DNA of 64,000 nt from Candidatus Polarisedimenticolaceae bacterium (GTDB lineage: Bacteria; Acidobacteriota; Polarisedimenticolia; Polarisedimenticolales; DASRJG01): the NCBI GenBank assembly GCA_036275915.1, contig DASUCV010000018.1:291054-355053 (forward strand), written 5' to 3'. Shown here piece after piece: positions 46,083 through 57,068 of this stretch (position 1 is the first letter of the stretch; each line of letters begins with the position of its first letter). Below the pieces are notes generated by a model. The model ran no database searches. It saw only the letters and a list, made by a program, of their open reading frames with translations, and was not told where the DNA came from. A program made the translations under genes and the position numbers.

Positions 46083-49000
46083 CTATGACGGGGACGGGCG
46101 GCGCGCCGGGGGCTTGGCGCGAAGGCGGACGCGCCCCGTGCCCACGACCCCCTCGAGATCGGCGAGGAGCGCGCGGGACGGTGTGACGCGCAAGCCGGGC
46201 TCGGCGCGTACGACGATCCGGAAATCGCTCGGGCGCACGACCTCGACGTAGAGCGCCGCCTCCCCGCGATGAGGCGCCACGGCCGCCCGAAGGCGGGCCA
46301 GGAGGTCGTCGTCGATCTCGGCCGCGTCGAGACGCACCTGCACACCGTCGGCGTTGCGCTCGCGCAGATCGTCGAGCGCGCCGACCTCGTCGGCGGTGAG
46401 GCGCACGCGCCCGTCGTCCGACTCCACGCGGCCGGTGACGAGCACCGCGCGCCCGTTCTGGAGGAGCGCTTGACACGTATCGAATGTCTTCGGGAACGCG
46501 AGCACCTCGATCTGTCCTCCGAGGTCCTCGAGCTGGAACGATCCCCACCACGCGCCCTTCTTCGACTTGCGCTTCTTGAAGTCGGCGATCATCCCGCCGA
46601 CCGCGACCTCCGTGCCCGACGCCAGCTCGCGGAGGCCGTCGGTCGCGTGCGTCGCGAACTCGGCGAGCACCTCCTTCGAGCTCTCGAGCGGATGGCCGCT
46701 GACGTAGAACCCGAGCGTCGCCTTCTCGTGCGCAAGCCGGGTCCTCTCGTCCCAATCGGGAACGTCGGGGAGCGGCGCCTCCGGGGTGTCCGCGGAGCTC
46801 GCGCCGTCTCCGCCGCCTCCGAGGAAGAGGCTCCCCTGCCCCGACTCGCGATCGGTGCGGCGCTTCGCCCCCCACTCGAGCGCCGAGTCGACGGCGGCGA
46901 AGTTCGCGCTGCGCCTTCCGCCGAGCGTGTCGGCGGCGCCCGATTGAACGAGCGCCTCGAGGACGCGCTTGTTCGCGAGACGCAGGTCGATCTCGGCGGC
47001 GAGCTCGAAGATCGACCGGAACGGACGGCTCAAGCGCTCCCGGGCCTCGAGGATCGAGAGGATCGCGCCCTCCCCCACGTTCTTGATCGCGGAGAGCCCG
47101 AACCGCACGCGATCGCCGTCGACCGTGAAATCGAGGCTCGACCCGTTGACATCGGGCGGCAGCACGGCGACGCCCATCTCGCGGCACTCGTTGATGTAGT
47201 GGACGAGCTTGTCGGTGTTGCCCTTTTCCGTCGTGAGCAGCGCGGCGAGGAAGTGGACGGCGTGGTGCGCCTTGAGCCAGGCGGTGCGATAGGCGACGAG
47301 CGCGTACGCCGCGGAGTGCGACTTGTTGAACCCGTACCCCGCGAAGTACTCCATGAGGTCGAAGACCTTGCCCGCGTCCCCTGCCTTGATCTTTCGGTGA
47401 CTCCCCGAGCGGTGGATGAACTTCTCGCGCTCGGCGGCCATGACCTCTTTCTTCTTCTTGCCCATCGCGCGCCGGAGGATGTCCGCCTCGCCGAGCGAGT
47501 AGCCGGCCATCGCCGAGGCGATCTGCATGACCTGCTCCTGGTACACGATGACCCCGTAGGTCTCGCGCAGCACCTCCTCGAGGAGCGGGTGCGGATACTC
47601 GACCTTCACCTTGCCGTGGCGGCGCTTGATGAAGTCGTCGATGAGGCCGCCGCCGATCGGACCGGGGCGGTAGAGCGCGTTGATCGCGACGAGGTCCTCG
47701 AAGCGGTCGGGCTTCAGGCGCCGGAGGATGTTCTTCATCCCCTCCGACTCGAACTGGAAGATCCCCGACGTGCGCGCCTTGCCGAAGAGCTCGTAGACCG
47801 CGGGGTCGTCCAAGGGGAGCGCGTCCATGTCGACCGCCGCCCCCGTCGCCCGGATCGACGTCACCGCGTCCTCGATGAGGGTCAGCGTCTTGAGGCCGAG
47901 GAAATCCATCTTGAGGAGGCCGATCTCCTCGATGTCCGACATCGCGAACTGCGTCGTGATCGCATCGTCGGTGCCCCGGTAGAGCGGCGCGAACTCGACG
48001 ATCGGCTTCGGCGCGATGACGACGCCGGCGGCGTGCGTCGAGGCGTGCCGCACGAGTCCCTCCAGGCGCTGCCCGACGTCGATGAGCTGCTTGACCTGCG
48101 GGTCCGACTGGTAGGCCTGCTTGAGCGCCGGCACCTCCTCGAGCGCCTTCGCGATCGTGATCTCCTGGCCCGGCTGCTGCGGGACGAGCTTCGCGATCTT
48201 GTCGACCTCGGCGTAGGGGATGTCGAGGCCACGCCCCGCGTCGCGGATGACGGCGCGCGCCGCCATCGTGCCGAACGTGATGATCTGCGCCACGTTCGGA
48301 CGACCGTACTTCTCCGTGACGTACTCGATGACCCGCTCGCGCTTCCGGAAGCAGAAGTCGATGTCGATGTCGGGGAGCGACACGCGCTCGGGGTTCAAGA
48401 AGCGCTCGAAGAGCAGGTCGAACTGCATCGGATCGATGTCTGTGATCCGCATCGCGTAGGCGACGAGCGAGCCCGCGGCCGATCCGCGGCCGGGCCCGAC
48501 CGGGATGCCGTGCTCGCGCGAGAACCGGATGAAGTCCCACACGATGAGGAAGTACCCGGCGAACCCCATCGCGCGGATCATCTTGATCTCGCGCTCGAGG
48601 CGCTCCTCGTACTCCTCGATCGGATGCCGGAGGCGCCCGGCGTCGGCCTCCGCGCGCAGGCGCGGGCGGCGCGCGGCGAACCCCTCTCGTGCGACCGACT
48701 CGAAGTAGCCGTCGAGGTCGTAGCCGTCGGGCACCGGGAAATTCGGCAGGTGGTGGGGCTGCTTCTCGAACGCGAAGCGGCAGCGCTCGGCGACAGCGCC
48801 CGTGTTGGCGACCGCCTCCGGCACCCACGAGAAGAGCGCGCCCATCTCCGCGCGGGATTTGAGATAGTGCTGCGGCGAGTACCGGATCCGGTCGTGCGCG
48901 TGGACGTTCTTTCCGGTCTGGATGCAGACGAGGACGTCGTGGGCGAAGTGATCGCTGGGAAGGAGGTAATGGCAGTCGTTCGTCGCGACGAGCCCGACGC

Positions 49001-49616
49001 CGAGATCCTTCGCGAGGCGGACGGCGCCGTCGTTGACCTTCGCCTGCTCCTCGATCCCGTGGTCCTGCAGCTCCAGCCAGTACCGCCCCTCGCCGAAGAG
49101 ATCGCGGAACTCTCCCGCCACCGCGCGCGCCTCGTCGAAGCGGTCGCTGCGGAGGAGCGTCGGGACCTCTCCCGCGAGGCACGCCGAGAGACAGACGAGC
49201 CCCTCCGAGTGCGCGCGCAGGAGCTCCTTGTCGATGCGCGGCCGGTAGTAGAACCCCTCCAGGTAGCCGGCGGTCGACAGCTTGATCAGGTTCTTGTAGC
49301 CGGTGTAGCTCTCCGCCAGGAGGATGAGGTGGTGGTAGGGCTTCTGCCGTACGGCGCCGGCGGCGGCCCCCTTGTCGTGACGCGAGCCCGGGGCGACGTA
49401 CGCCTCGACGCCGACGATCGGACGGATTGACTGCTTCGCGGCCTCGCGCGCGAACTCGAGGACGCCGAAGAGGTTTCCGTGATCGGTGATCGCGAGCGCC
49501 TCCTGGCCGTCCGCCGCGGCCCGCGCGAGCATCTCGTCCAGGCGCTGCGCACCGTCCAGGAGCGAGTAGGTCGTGTGGTTGTGGAGGTGGACGAACGCGG
49601 GCGCCTTCTCGGTCAT
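46083..49616 (-). CDS. dnaE: DNA polymerase III alpha subunit
   Basis: 1177 aa from ATG 49616. PHP domain (FVHLHNHTTYSLLDGA), polymerase core (GPGRGSAAGSLVAY, DIDIDF) and an OB-fold C-terminus. Confidence 0.95.
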   Translation of the reverse strand: MTEKAPAFVHLHNHTTYSLLDGAQRLDEMLARAAADGQEALAITDHGNLFGVLEFAREAAKQSIRPIVGVEAYVAPGSRHDKGAAAGAVRQKPYHHLILLAESYTGYKNLIKLSTAGYLEGFYYRPRIDKELLRAHSEGLVCLSACLAGEVPTLLRSDRFDEARAVAGEFRDLFGEGRYWLELQDHGIEEQAKVNDGAVRLAKDLGVGLVATNDCHYLLPSDHFAHDVLVCIQTGKNVHAHDRIRYSPQHYLKSRAEMGALFSWVPEAVANTGAVAERCRFAFEKQPHHLPNFPVPDGYDLDGYFESVAREGFAARRPRLRAEADAGRLRHPIEEYEERLEREIKMIRAMGFAGYFLIVWDFIRFSREHGIPVGPGRGSAAGSLVAYAMRITDIDPMQFDLLFERFLNPERVSLPDIDIDFCFRKRERVIEYVTEKYGRPNVAQIITFGTMAARAVIRDAGRGLDIPYAEVDKIAKLVPQQPGQEITIAKALEEVPALKQAYQSDPQVKQLIDVGQRLEGLVRHASTHAAGVVIAPKPIVEFAPLYRGTDDAITTQFAMSDIEEIGLLKMDFLGLKTLTLIEDAVTSIRATGAAVDMDALPLDDPAVYELFGKARTSGIFQFESEGMKNILRRLKPDRFEDLVAINALYRPGPIGGGLIDDFIKRRHGKVKVEYPHPLLEEVLRETYGVIVYQEQVMQIASAMAGYSLGEADILRRAMGKKKKEVMAAEREKFIHRSGSHRKIKAGDAGKVFDLMEYFAGYGFNKSHSAAYALVAYRTAWLKAHHAVHFLAALLTTEKGNTDKLVHYINECREMGVAVLPPDVNGSSLDFTVDGDRVRFGLSAIKNVGEGAILSILEARERLSRPFRSIFELAAEIDLRLANKRVLEALVQSGAADTLGGRRSANFAAVDSALEWGAKRRTDRESGQGSLFLGGGGDGASSADTPEAPLPDVPDWDERTRLAHEKATLGFYVSGHPLESSKEVLAEFATHATDGLRELASGTEVAVGGMIADFKKRKSKKGAWWGSFQLEDLGGQIEVLAFPKTFDTCQALLQNGRAVLVTGRVESDDGRVRLTADEVGALDDLRERNADGVQVRLDAAEIDDDLLARLRAAVAPHRGEAALYVEVVRPSDFRIVVRAEPGLRVTPSRALLADLEGVVGTGRVRLRAKPPARRPSPS

Positions 49617-49623
49617 GGCGCGC

Positions 49624-51171
49624 TCACTCCCACTCGATCGTCGCCGGCGGCTTGCTCGTGACGTCGTAGACGACACGGTTGACCCCGCGCACCTCGTTGA
49701 CGATCCGCGACGCCGTGCGCGCGAGCAGGTCGTGCGGCAGCCGCGACCAATCCGCCGTCATGAAATCTTGGGTCGTGACGCAACGGAGCGCGAGGACGTT
49801 CTCGTAGGTGCGGTAGTCGCCCATGACGCCGACCGTCTTCACCGGGAGCAGGACCGCGAACGCCTGGCTGACCTCGTCGTAGAGCCCGGCTTCCCGGAGC
49901 TCGGCGATGAAGATCGCGTCGGCCTCCTGGAGGATCGCGACGCGGGCCGCGTCGACCGAACCGATGATCCGCACGGCGAGGCCGGGCCCCGGGAACGGGT
50001 GGCGGCGCACGAACGCCCGGTCGAGCCCCAGCTCTTCCCCGAGGCGGCGGACCTCGTCCTTGAACAGGTCCTTCAGCGGCTCGACGAGCTTGAGGCGCAT
50101 CCGCTCGGGGAGGCCCCCCACATTGTGATGCGTCTTGATCGTCGCCGAGGGCCCCTTGACCGAGGCCGACTCGATGCGGTCGGGGTAGATCGTGCCCTGC
50201 GCGAGAAAGTCCGCGTCGCCGAGCGCCTTCGCGTGCTCCTCGAACACGTCGATGAACGTCTCGCCGATGATCTTCCGTTTTCGCTCGGGATCCTCGACCC
50301 CGTCGAGGCGGGCGAGAAAACGGGATCCCTCCTCGGCGCGATGGACGCTCAAGCGGTACCGCTCGCGGAAATCGCGGACGACCTGATCGGCCTCCCCCTT
50401 CCGGAGCATCCCCGTGTCGACGAAGATGCACGTGAGCTTGTCGCCGAGCGCGCGGTGAAGGAGGAGCGCCATCACCGACGAGTCGACGCCGCCCGAGAGC
50501 GCGCAGACGACGCGCCCGCCGCCGACGGTCCTCTTCACGTCCTGGATGGCCTCGTCGACGAACGACGCGATCGACCAATCGCCCCGGAGGCCGCAGACAT
50601 CGAAGAGGAAGTTCCGGAGGACCTCGCCGCCGTGCTCGGTGTGCACGACCTCGGGGTGGAACTGTACGCCGAAGAGCGCCCGCGGCTCGTCCTCGACGAC
50701 CGCGCAGGGGGCGTTCGCCGACTCGGCGACACACCGGAAGCCCGGTGCGCCCGCACGCACGTGGTCGCCGTGACTCGCCCAGACGCGCTGCCGCGGCGCC
50801 AGGCCTCGCATGAGGCGCGAGTCCGGAACGAGGACCTCGATCGTCGCGGGTCCGTACTCGCGCCCCGCGGCCGGCTGCACGTCGCCGCCGAGCGCCTGCA
50901 TCATGAGCTGCATGCCGTAGCAGATCCCGAGGACCGGAACGCCCATCTCGAAGAGCGCGCGCTCGACCTTCGGCGCCTGCGCGTCGTAAACGGAGTCGGG
51001 CCCCCCGGAGAGGATGATCCCCTTCGGCGCGCGGGAGCGGATCGCCTCGAGCCCCGCGTGGAACGGAACGACCTCGCAGTAGACGCCCTGCTCCCGGACC
51101 CTCCGCGCGATGAGCTGCGTGTACTGCGACCCGAAATCGAGGATGAGGACGAGCTCGTGCGTTCCGGTCAT
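49624..51171 (-). CDS. guaA: GMP synthase (glutamine-hydrolysing)
   Basis: 515 aa from ATG 51171. The GATase domain has [15 protein letters not shown] and GICYGMQ. The ATP-PPase P-loop reads [10 protein letters not shown]. The C-terminus ends in ATIEWE. Confidence 0.95.
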   Translation of the reverse strand: MTGTHELVLILDFGSQYTQLIARRVREQGVYCEVVPFHAGLEAIRSRAPKGIILSGGPDSVYDAQAPKVERALFEMGVPVLGICYGMQLMMQALGGDVQPAAGREYGPATIEVLVPDSRLMRGLAPRQRVWASHGDHVRAGAPGFRCVAESANAPCAVVEDEPRALFGVQFHPEVVHTEHGGEVLRNFLFDVCGLRGDWSIASFVDEAIQDVKRTVGGGRVVCALSGGVDSSVMALLLHRALGDKLTCIFVDTGMLRKGEADQVVRDFRERYRLSVHRAEEGSRFLARLDGVEDPERKRKIIGETFIDVFEEHAKALGDADFLAQGTIYPDRIESASVKGPSATIKTHHNVGGLPERMRLKLVEPLKDLFKDEVRRLGEELGLDRAFVRRHPFPGPGLAVRIIGSVDAARVAILQEADAIFIAELREAGLYDEVSQAFAVLLPVKTVGVMGDYRTYENVLALRCVTTQDFMTADWSRLPHDLLARTASRIVNEVRGVNRVVYDVTSKPPATIEWE

Positions 51172-52217
51172 CGGCTCTTCGCTCCCGTGAGATCGCTCAC
51201 CAGTGCTTCCAACACCGCCCCCTTGTCGATCCCGCTGCTCTTGAGCGCGCGATCGGCCCGGTAGAGCTTCGCCGGCATCGCCCTGAGCTCGGCCAGGCTG
51301 TACCGCGTGAGACCGTCCGCGAGCGCGTCTCGAAAGTACCAGGCGCGCGAGGCGTCGACGACGTCCTTCGGCGCCATCCCACCCTCGCGGAGCGCTTTCG
51401 CCCGGAGGAGCGCCCGCGCGCGCGAGGCGAGACCGCCGAGTGCGCGGATCGGCTCGCCGCCCGCGTCGAGCAGCCGGCGGGCGGCGGCGGCCGCGTCTTC
51501 GGGGCGTCGGGCGGTCACTGCATCGGCGAGCTCCCAATCCTCGAGGAGGCCCGAGCCCGCGACGAGCGCCCGCGCGGTCGTCGCGTCGAGCGCGGTCGAC
51601 GCACCGCCGAGGAAGCTCGCCATCTTCTCGATCTCGCCCGCCGCCCGGTGGAGATCCGCGCCGCAGACGTCGAGCACGAGCGCGAGCGCGTCCGGCTCGA
51701 GCGCGACCCCGGCCTCACGACCCATCGCTGTGATCGTGTCGGCGACCGCGCGCATCTCGACGTCGCCCGCGGCGCGCCGGAACTCGAGGAGCCGGCCGCT
51801 CTCCGCGAGCGCCTTGTGCAGCTTGCGCTTCCGGTCGAGCTTCGGGGCGCGCACGAGGAGGAAGCTCGCCTCGGGCGGCTTCGCGGCGTACGCGACGAGC
51901 GGCTCCGGATCGCCCTCGAGGCCCGAGACGTCGCGGAGGAAGACGACACGGCGCGACGCGAACATCCCCGACGAGCGCGCGGCGCCGACGAGCGCCCCGG
52001 CGCTGACCGGCGTGTCGCCGAGGATCGAGAGCGCGAAGGCGTCGGCCGGATCGGGCACGAGCTTGGCGAGCAGCGCCGCCTGCGCGCGATCGAGGTGATA
52101 GAGATCGTCGCCCGTGAGCACCGTGAGGCCGGGCCGCCAGCCGGAGGCGAGGTCGGTCTCGAGCCGGCGGAGGACCGCACCGCCCCAGGGGCCGGGGTGC
52201 GCCCGTGAGAACGCCAT
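51168..52217 (-). CDS. holA: DNA polymerase III delta subunit
   Basis: 349 aa from ATG 52217, with an ATGA overlap with guaA. Length, helical C-terminal half and the conserved leuS-lptE-holA order support the call. Motif-level similarity is modest. Confidence 0.8.
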   Translation of the reverse strand: MAFSRAHPGPWGGAVLRRLETDLASGWRPGLTVLTGDDLYHLDRAQAALLAKLVPDPADAFALSILGDTPVSAGALVGAARSSGMFASRRVVFLRDVSGLEGDPEPLVAYAAKPPEASFLLVRAPKLDRKRKLHKALAESGRLLEFRRAAGDVEMRAVADTITAMGREAGVALEPDALALVLDVCGADLHRAAGEIEKMASFLGGASTALDATTARALVAGSGLLEDWELADAVTARRPEDAAAAARRLLDAGGEPIRALGGLASRARALLRAKALREGGMAPKDVVDASRAWYFRDALADGLTRYSLAELRAMPAKLYRADRALKSSGIDKGAVLEALVSDLTGAKSR

Positions 52218-52729
52218 CAGAACCCCTCGGTGATCGAGGCCACGAGCGTCTGCGCCGCCCCCTGGGCGAGCGTGTCGAGGGCGAGCGTCTCGAGGTCGAA
52301 GTAGTTCACGTCGGTCTGCTGCACGTCGTACTGGTCGCGGAAGACGAGGTTCGACTGGCTCCACAGGAGCTGGCCGGTCGCCAGATTCCTGAGCGACGAC
52401 CGCAGCACGATCGCCGTCTCGAGGCGCGTCGCACGCCCCTGCGCGTTGAACTGCACGGGGGTCGTCCGGAAGTCGGTGATCACCCCCTCGAGGAGCGCGT
52501 TCGCGTCGGCGCGATTGCTCACGACCTTGACGCCGCCGCGGCGCGAGAGCTCGCGCGCCACCGCCTCGGTCGTCCGCACCTCGATCTCGGGCCGGGCGCT
52601 CCGGTTCTCGAACGGGGCGACGACGATCGTCTTGATCTCGGGCGGGAGGAACGATCCGGTACCGGAGAGGCGGTAGCCGCACCCCGCCGACGCCACGAGG
52701 AGCACGGTGGCGGCAGCCCTCCGGATCAT
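52217..52729 (-). CDS. lptE: LPS-assembly lipoprotein LptE-like
   Basis: 170 aa. The lipobox LVASAGC is followed by GYRLSG (compare LptE GC-G-W/F-H-L-R). Its position between leuS and holA matches the conserved synteny. Confidence 0.65.
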   Translation of the reverse strand: MIRRAAATVLLVASAGCGYRLSGTGSFLPPEIKTIVVAPFENRSARPEIEVRTTEAVARELSRRGGVKVVSNRADANALLEGVITDFRTTPVQFNAQGRATRLETAIVLRSSLRNLATGQLLWSQSNLVFRDQYDVQQTDVNYFDLETLALDTLAQGAAQTLVASITEGF

Positions 52730-55173
52730 CCCGCCACCACGTTGAGCAGGCGGTCCTGGACGAACACGGTCTTCCTGATCGTCTTGCCGTCGAGGTGCGC
52801 CGCGATCCGTTCATCGGCGCGCGCCGCGTCGAGCACGTCGCGCTCCGCGCTTCCGGCCGGCAGCGTGATCTTGCCGCGCACCTTGCCGTTGACCTGAACG
52901 ACGACGAGCGCTTCGTCCGAGACGAGGAGCGCAGGGTCCGCGACCGGCCACGGGGCGACCGCGACGAACGGAGGATGTCCGAGCGCCTCCCAGAGCTCCT
53001 CGGCGACGTGCGGGGCGAACGGGGCGAGCACCTTGGCGATCGTCTCGAACGCTTCCCTGAGCGCCCACGCGGCGGCGCCGTCCGCCGGCTCGTCGGTGAC
53101 GAGCGGCGTCAACGCGTTCAGGAGCTCCATGATCGCGGCGACCGGCGTGTTCAGGTGCATCCGCGGGCCGAGGTCGTCCGTGATGCGGCGGATCGTCTGA
53201 TGCGTCTTCCGGCGGAGGTCCGAGGCCGCCGTCCCCGCCGGCTTCGGCGCGTGCACCGGCGGAAGACCGCGGCGGGCCTTCTCGAACGTCCTCCACAGGC
53301 GCCCGAGGAAGCGGGCGCAGCCTTCGATCCCCGCGTCCGACCATTCGAGATCGCGCTCCGGGGGTGCCGCGAAGAGCGAGAAGAGGCGCGTCGTGTCCGC
53401 GCCGAAGCGCGCGATCATCTGGTCGGGGTCGACGACGTTTCCCTTCGACTTCGACATCTTCGCGCCGTCCTTGATGACCATCCCCTGCGTGAACAACGAC
53501 GTCACCGGCTCGTCGATCTTCACGAGCCCGAGGTCGCGCATGACCTTGGTCCAGAAGCGCGTGTAGATGAGGTGCATCGTCGCGTGCTCGATGCCGCCGA
53601 TGTAGAGGTCGACGGGAAACCAGGGCGCCGCCTTGTCCCAGTCGAACGGAAGACGCTCGTTGTCCGGATCGCAGTACCGGAAGTAGTACCAGGACGAGTC
53701 GACGAACGTGTCCATCGTGTCGGTCTCGCGCGCGGCGGGGCCGTGACATCGCGGGCACGTCGTGTCGACGAACTCGGGGACGAGCGCCAGCGGCGAGCCG
53801 CCGGCGCCGGTGAGCGGCGCGCGCTCGGGCAGGAGGACGGGGAGGTCCTCGTCGGGAACGGGAACGACGCCGTCCTTCGGACAGTGGATCACCGGGATCG
53901 GCGTCCCCCAGAAGCGCTGACGCGAGACGCCCCAGTCCTTGAGGCGATACGTCACGGTCGCCTCGCCGAAGCCCTTGGCTTCCGCCTCCGCGACCATGCG
54001 GCGGCGCGCTTCGGCGCTCGGGACGCCGTCGACCATGCCGTCTTCCGTGAAGGGGAGCGCCGCCGCGCCGCCGTCTCGCGGCTGCACGACCGCGCGCACC
54101 GGAAGGCCGTAGGCCTGGGCGAACGCGAAGTCGCGTTCGTCGTGCGCCGGCACGCTCATGATCGCGCCGGTGCCGACGTCCATGAGGACGAAGTTCGCGA
54201 CCCAGATCGGGATCCGCTCGCCCGAGAACGGGTTGATCGCATAACGACCCGTGAAGACGCCGAGCTTCTCCGCCGTGTCCGCGAAGCGGTCGACGAGCGA
54301 GCGGCCCGCCTGCTCGGCGATGAAGCTCCGCACCGCGTCCGCTTGGCCGGTCCCCTCCGCAAGCGTCCGGGCGGCCGGGTGCTCGAGCGCGAGCGCCAGG
54401 TAGGTCGCGCCGTGGATCGTGTCGATCCGCGTCGTGAAGACCTCGATCGGCTCGCTCCCTCCCTCGAGCGCGAACCGGACGCGCGCGCCGTCGCTGCGGC
54501 CGATCCAGTTCCTCTGCATCGCGCGGACGCGGTCGGGCCAGCCGTCCAGGGTGTCGATGCCGTCGAGAAGCTCCTGTGCGTACTGCGTGATCCGGAGGAA
54601 CCACTGCTCGAACTCGCGCCGGGTCACCGGATTGTCGCAGCGCCAGCAGCGGCCGGCGACGACCTGCTCGTTGGCGAGGACGGTCGCGCAGGACGCGCAC
54701 CAGTTGAGAAGCCGGCGCGCGCGGAACGCGACGCCGCGCTCGAGCATGCGGAGGAACAGCCATTGGTTCCAGCGGTAGTACTCGGGGAGGCAGGTCGCGA
54801 TCTCCCGCCCCCAGTCGTAGCCGACGCCGAGCCGCTCGAGCTGCCCGCGCATCGTCTCGATGTTCGCGAGCGTCCACGCCCGCGGCTCGGCGCCGTTCTG
54901 GATCGCGGCGTTCTCCGCCGGCAGGCCGAACGCGTCCCAGCCGATGACGTGGAGCACCTGCTCGCCGCGCATGCGCCGGAAGCGTGCGATCGCGTCGCCG
55001 ATCGAATAGTTCCGGACGTGCCCCATGTGGATGCGTCCGGAGGGGTACGGCAGCATCTCGAGATCGTAGAAGCGGGGCCGTCCCGCATCCGGGGCGGCCA
55101 CACGGAACACCCCGGCCTCGGACCACCGGGCCTGCCACTTCGCTTCGATCCGTTTCGCGTCGTACTCGCTCAC
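52726..55173 (-). CDS. leuS: Leucine--tRNA ligase
   Basis: 815 aa from GTG 55173. HIGH-type motif (PYPSGRIHMGH) and KMSKS are present, and the CP1 editing domain is recognisable. Confidence 0.95.
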   Translation of the reverse strand: MSEYDAKRIEAKWQARWSEAGVFRVAAPDAGRPRFYDLEMLPYPSGRIHMGHVRNYSIGDAIARFRRMRGEQVLHVIGWDAFGLPAENAAIQNGAEPRAWTLANIETMRGQLERLGVGYDWGREIATCLPEYYRWNQWLFLRMLERGVAFRARRLLNWCASCATVLANEQVVAGRCWRCDNPVTRREFEQWFLRITQYAQELLDGIDTLDGWPDRVRAMQRNWIGRSDGARVRFALEGGSEPIEVFTTRIDTIHGATYLALALEHPAARTLAEGTGQADAVRSFIAEQAGRSLVDRFADTAEKLGVFTGRYAINPFSGERIPIWVANFVLMDVGTGAIMSVPAHDERDFAFAQAYGLPVRAVVQPRDGGAAALPFTEDGMVDGVPSAEARRRMVAEAEAKGFGEATVTYRLKDWGVSRQRFWGTPIPVIHCPKDGVVPVPDEDLPVLLPERAPLTGAGGSPLALVPEFVDTTCPRCHGPAARETDTMDTFVDSSWYYFRYCDPDNERLPFDWDKAAPWFPVDLYIGGIEHATMHLIYTRFWTKVMRDLGLVKIDEPVTSLFTQGMVIKDGAKMSKSKGNVVDPDQMIARFGADTTRLFSLFAAPPERDLEWSDAGIEGCARFLGRLWRTFEKARRGLPPVHAPKPAGTAASDLRRKTHQTIRRITDDLGPRMHLNTPVAAIMELLNALTPLVTDEPADGAAAWALREAFETIAKVLAPFAPHVAEELWEALGHPPFVAVAPWPVADPALLVSDEALVVVQVNGKVRGKITLPAGSAERDVLDAARADERIAAHLDGKTIRKTVFVQDRLLNVVAG

Positions 55174-55181
55174 GCCGGCTC

Positions 55182-55613
55182 CTAGGATCGCTCGACCGGC
55201 AGATCCCCCCGCTCGATCCGCTTGCGGATCGCGTCGAGGATGCCGTTGACGAACGCGCCCGATTGCTCGCTTCCGTACTTCTTTCCGACCTCGATCGCCT
55301 CGTCGAGCACGACGACCGGAGGGGTCTCGGGAAACCGCGCCAGCTCGAAGACCGCCATCCGCAGGATGTTCCGGTCGACGACCGCCATCCTCTCGATGCG
55401 CCAGTGCGCCGCGGTCGAGGCGATGATCGCATCGAGGCGCTCGCGATCGCCGATGACGCCGGCCACCAGTTCTTCCGCGAACGCCTTCACGTCGGCCTCC
55501 GCGTCGTGCTCACGCCAGAAGTGCGGGTAGACCTCGGCCGGAGTGCCGCCCGCCACGTCGAGCTGAAAGAGCATCTGGAGCGCGCACTCTCGAGCGCGCC
55601 GTCTCTGACCCAC
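55182..55613 (-). CDS. nusB: Transcription antitermination factor NusB
   Basis: 143 aa. ARECALQMLFQLD, DRNILRMAVFEL and VVLDEAIEVGKKYG...GFVNGILD are present. It lies downstream of ribH, as is common. Confidence 0.9.
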   Translation of the reverse strand: MGQRRRARECALQMLFQLDVAGGTPAEVYPHFWREHDAEADVKAFAEELVAGVIGDRERLDAIIASTAAHWRIERMAVVDRNILRMAVFELARFPETPPVVVLDEAIEVGKKYGSEQSGAFVNGILDAIRKRIERGDLPVERS

Positions 55614-55628
55614 CCGTGCCCCCGTTGC

Positions 55629-56093
55629 TCAGGCCAGCCGACGGTAGAGGCTGGCCATCTCGATGGCGGCGAGGGCCGCGTCCCATCCCTTGTTTCCGGC
55701 CTTCGAACCCGCCCGCGCCATCGCCTGATCCAGGGTGTCGCACGTGAGGACGCCGAACGCGACCGGTTTGCCCGCGGCGGCCGCGACCGCCGAGAGGCCC
55801 TTCGCCGCCTCGGCGGCGATGAGGTCGTAGTGCGACGTCTCGCCCCGGAGAAGGCAGCCGAGCGCGATCACCGCGTCGACGTCTTTCTGGGCCGCCATGC
55901 GCGCCGCGGCCTGAGGCAGCTCCCAGGACCCCGGCACCATGACGATCGTCTGGTCTCCGGGCGTGGCCCCGTGACGGACGAGCGCGTCGAGCGCCCCTTC
56001 GACGAGCCGTGAGGTGACGACGTCGTTGAACCGCGCGACGACGAGGGCCGTCTTGAGACCCTTGGCGTCGAGCGATCCTTCGAGCTTGCGCAT
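55629..56093 (-). CDS. ribH: 6,7-dimethyl-8-ribityllumazine synthase
   Basis: 154 aa. ALVVARFNDVVTSRLVEGA, VPGSWELP, ALGCLLRGETSHYD, FGVLT. Confidence 0.93.
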   Translation of the reverse strand: MRKLEGSLDAKGLKTALVVARFNDVVTSRLVEGALDALVRHGATPGDQTIVMVPGSWELPQAAARMAAQKDVDAVIALGCLLRGETSHYDLIAAEAAKGLSAVAAAAGKPVAFGVLTCDTLDQAMARAGSKAGNKGWDAALAAIEMASLYRRLA

Positions 56094-56131
56094 CTCCCGC
56101 CTCGCCCTCGCCGGCCCGGAAAAGAGCGAGA

Positions 56132-56140
56132 AGTATAGCA
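56132..56140 (-). promoter_or_regulatory. Candidate extended -10 promoter (TGCTATACT on minus strand) for ribH-nusB
   Basis: The reverse complement of 56132-56140 reads TGCTATACT, 38 nt upstream of ATG 56093. No -35 match. Confidence 0.35.
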
Positions 56141-56147
56141 GCGGGGT

Positions 56148-57059
56148 CTAATCGAGCGCGGGGAAGCGGGTCAGCTCCTCGAACCGTCGATACCGGCCTT
56201 TGATCTCGGCGTCCGTCAAGCGCCGGAGCCGTTCGAGCGAGAAATCCTCGACCTGGTACGAGGCCATCACCGAGCCGACGACCGCGGCGCGACGGAGGTC
56301 GAGCGGCGGCGTCGCGCCCTTCGACGCGAGGTAGCCCAGGAACCCGCCCGCGAACGCGTCCCCCGCTCCGGTCGGATCGAGCACGGCCGGGAGGGGAAAA
56401 CCCGGGAGCGCGAAGGTGAGGTCGCGATCGAAGACGACGACGCCGTGCTCCCCGCGCTTGACGACGACCGTCCGCGGTCCCCACCCGTGGACGATCGCGG
56501 CGGCGCGCACGAGGTTCTTCTCGCCGGTCAGGAGGCGCGCCTCCCCGTCGTTGATGAGCAGGACGTCGACCCGCGCGAGCAGCTTCTTCACCGCGTCGGG
56601 CTTCGAGTCGATCCAGTAGTTCATCGTGTCGGCGGCGACGAGGCGCGCGCCGCGCGCCTGGTCGAGCACGTCCCACTGCAGATCGGGATCGATGTTCGCG
56701 AGGAAGAGGACCGGCGTGTCCCGCCACGCCTCGGGGATCACCGGACGGAAATCCGCGAAGACGTTGAGCTGCGTGTCGAGGGTCTTGGCGACGTTGAGAT
56801 CGTCGCCGTAGCTGCCGGTCCATCGAAACGTGCGTCCTTTCGCGGTCGCGAGACCCGCGAGGTCGACCTTTCGCTCGTGGAGCGGCGCGCGATGGTCGTC
56901 GGTGAAGTCCTCGCCGACGACGGCGACGAGCCTCACGGGTGACCAGAACGAGGCCGAGACCGAGAAGTGCGTCGCCGAGCCGCCGAGGACCTCGACGCCC
57001 CGGCCGAACGGGGTCTCGACCGTATCGAATGCGACGGAACCGACGACGAGGATCGACAA
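56148..57059 (-). CDS. PfkB/ribokinase-family carbohydrate or nucleoside kinase
   Basis: 303 aa. N-terminal GSVAFD...GGSATHFS and C-terminal DPTGAGDAFAGGFLGYL (the PfkB anion-hole motif) are present. Substrate is unknown. The location beside mtnP and in the same run as metK/ahcY makes adenosine kinase a possibility only. Confidence 0.85.
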   Translation of the reverse strand: MSILVVGSVAFDTVETPFGRGVEVLGGSATHFSVSASFWSPVRLVAVVGEDFTDDHRAPLHERKVDLAGLATAKGRTFRWTGSYGDDLNVAKTLDTQLNVFADFRPVIPEAWRDTPVLFLANIDPDLQWDVLDQARGARLVAADTMNYWIDSKPDAVKKLLARVDVLLINDGEARLLTGEKNLVRAAAIVHGWGPRTVVVKRGEHGVVVFDRDLTFALPGFPLPAVLDPTGAGDAFAGGFLGYLASKGATPPLDLRRAAVVGSVMASYQVEDFSLERLRRLTDAEIKGRYRRFEELTRFPALD

Positions 57060-57068
57060 GGGGATCTC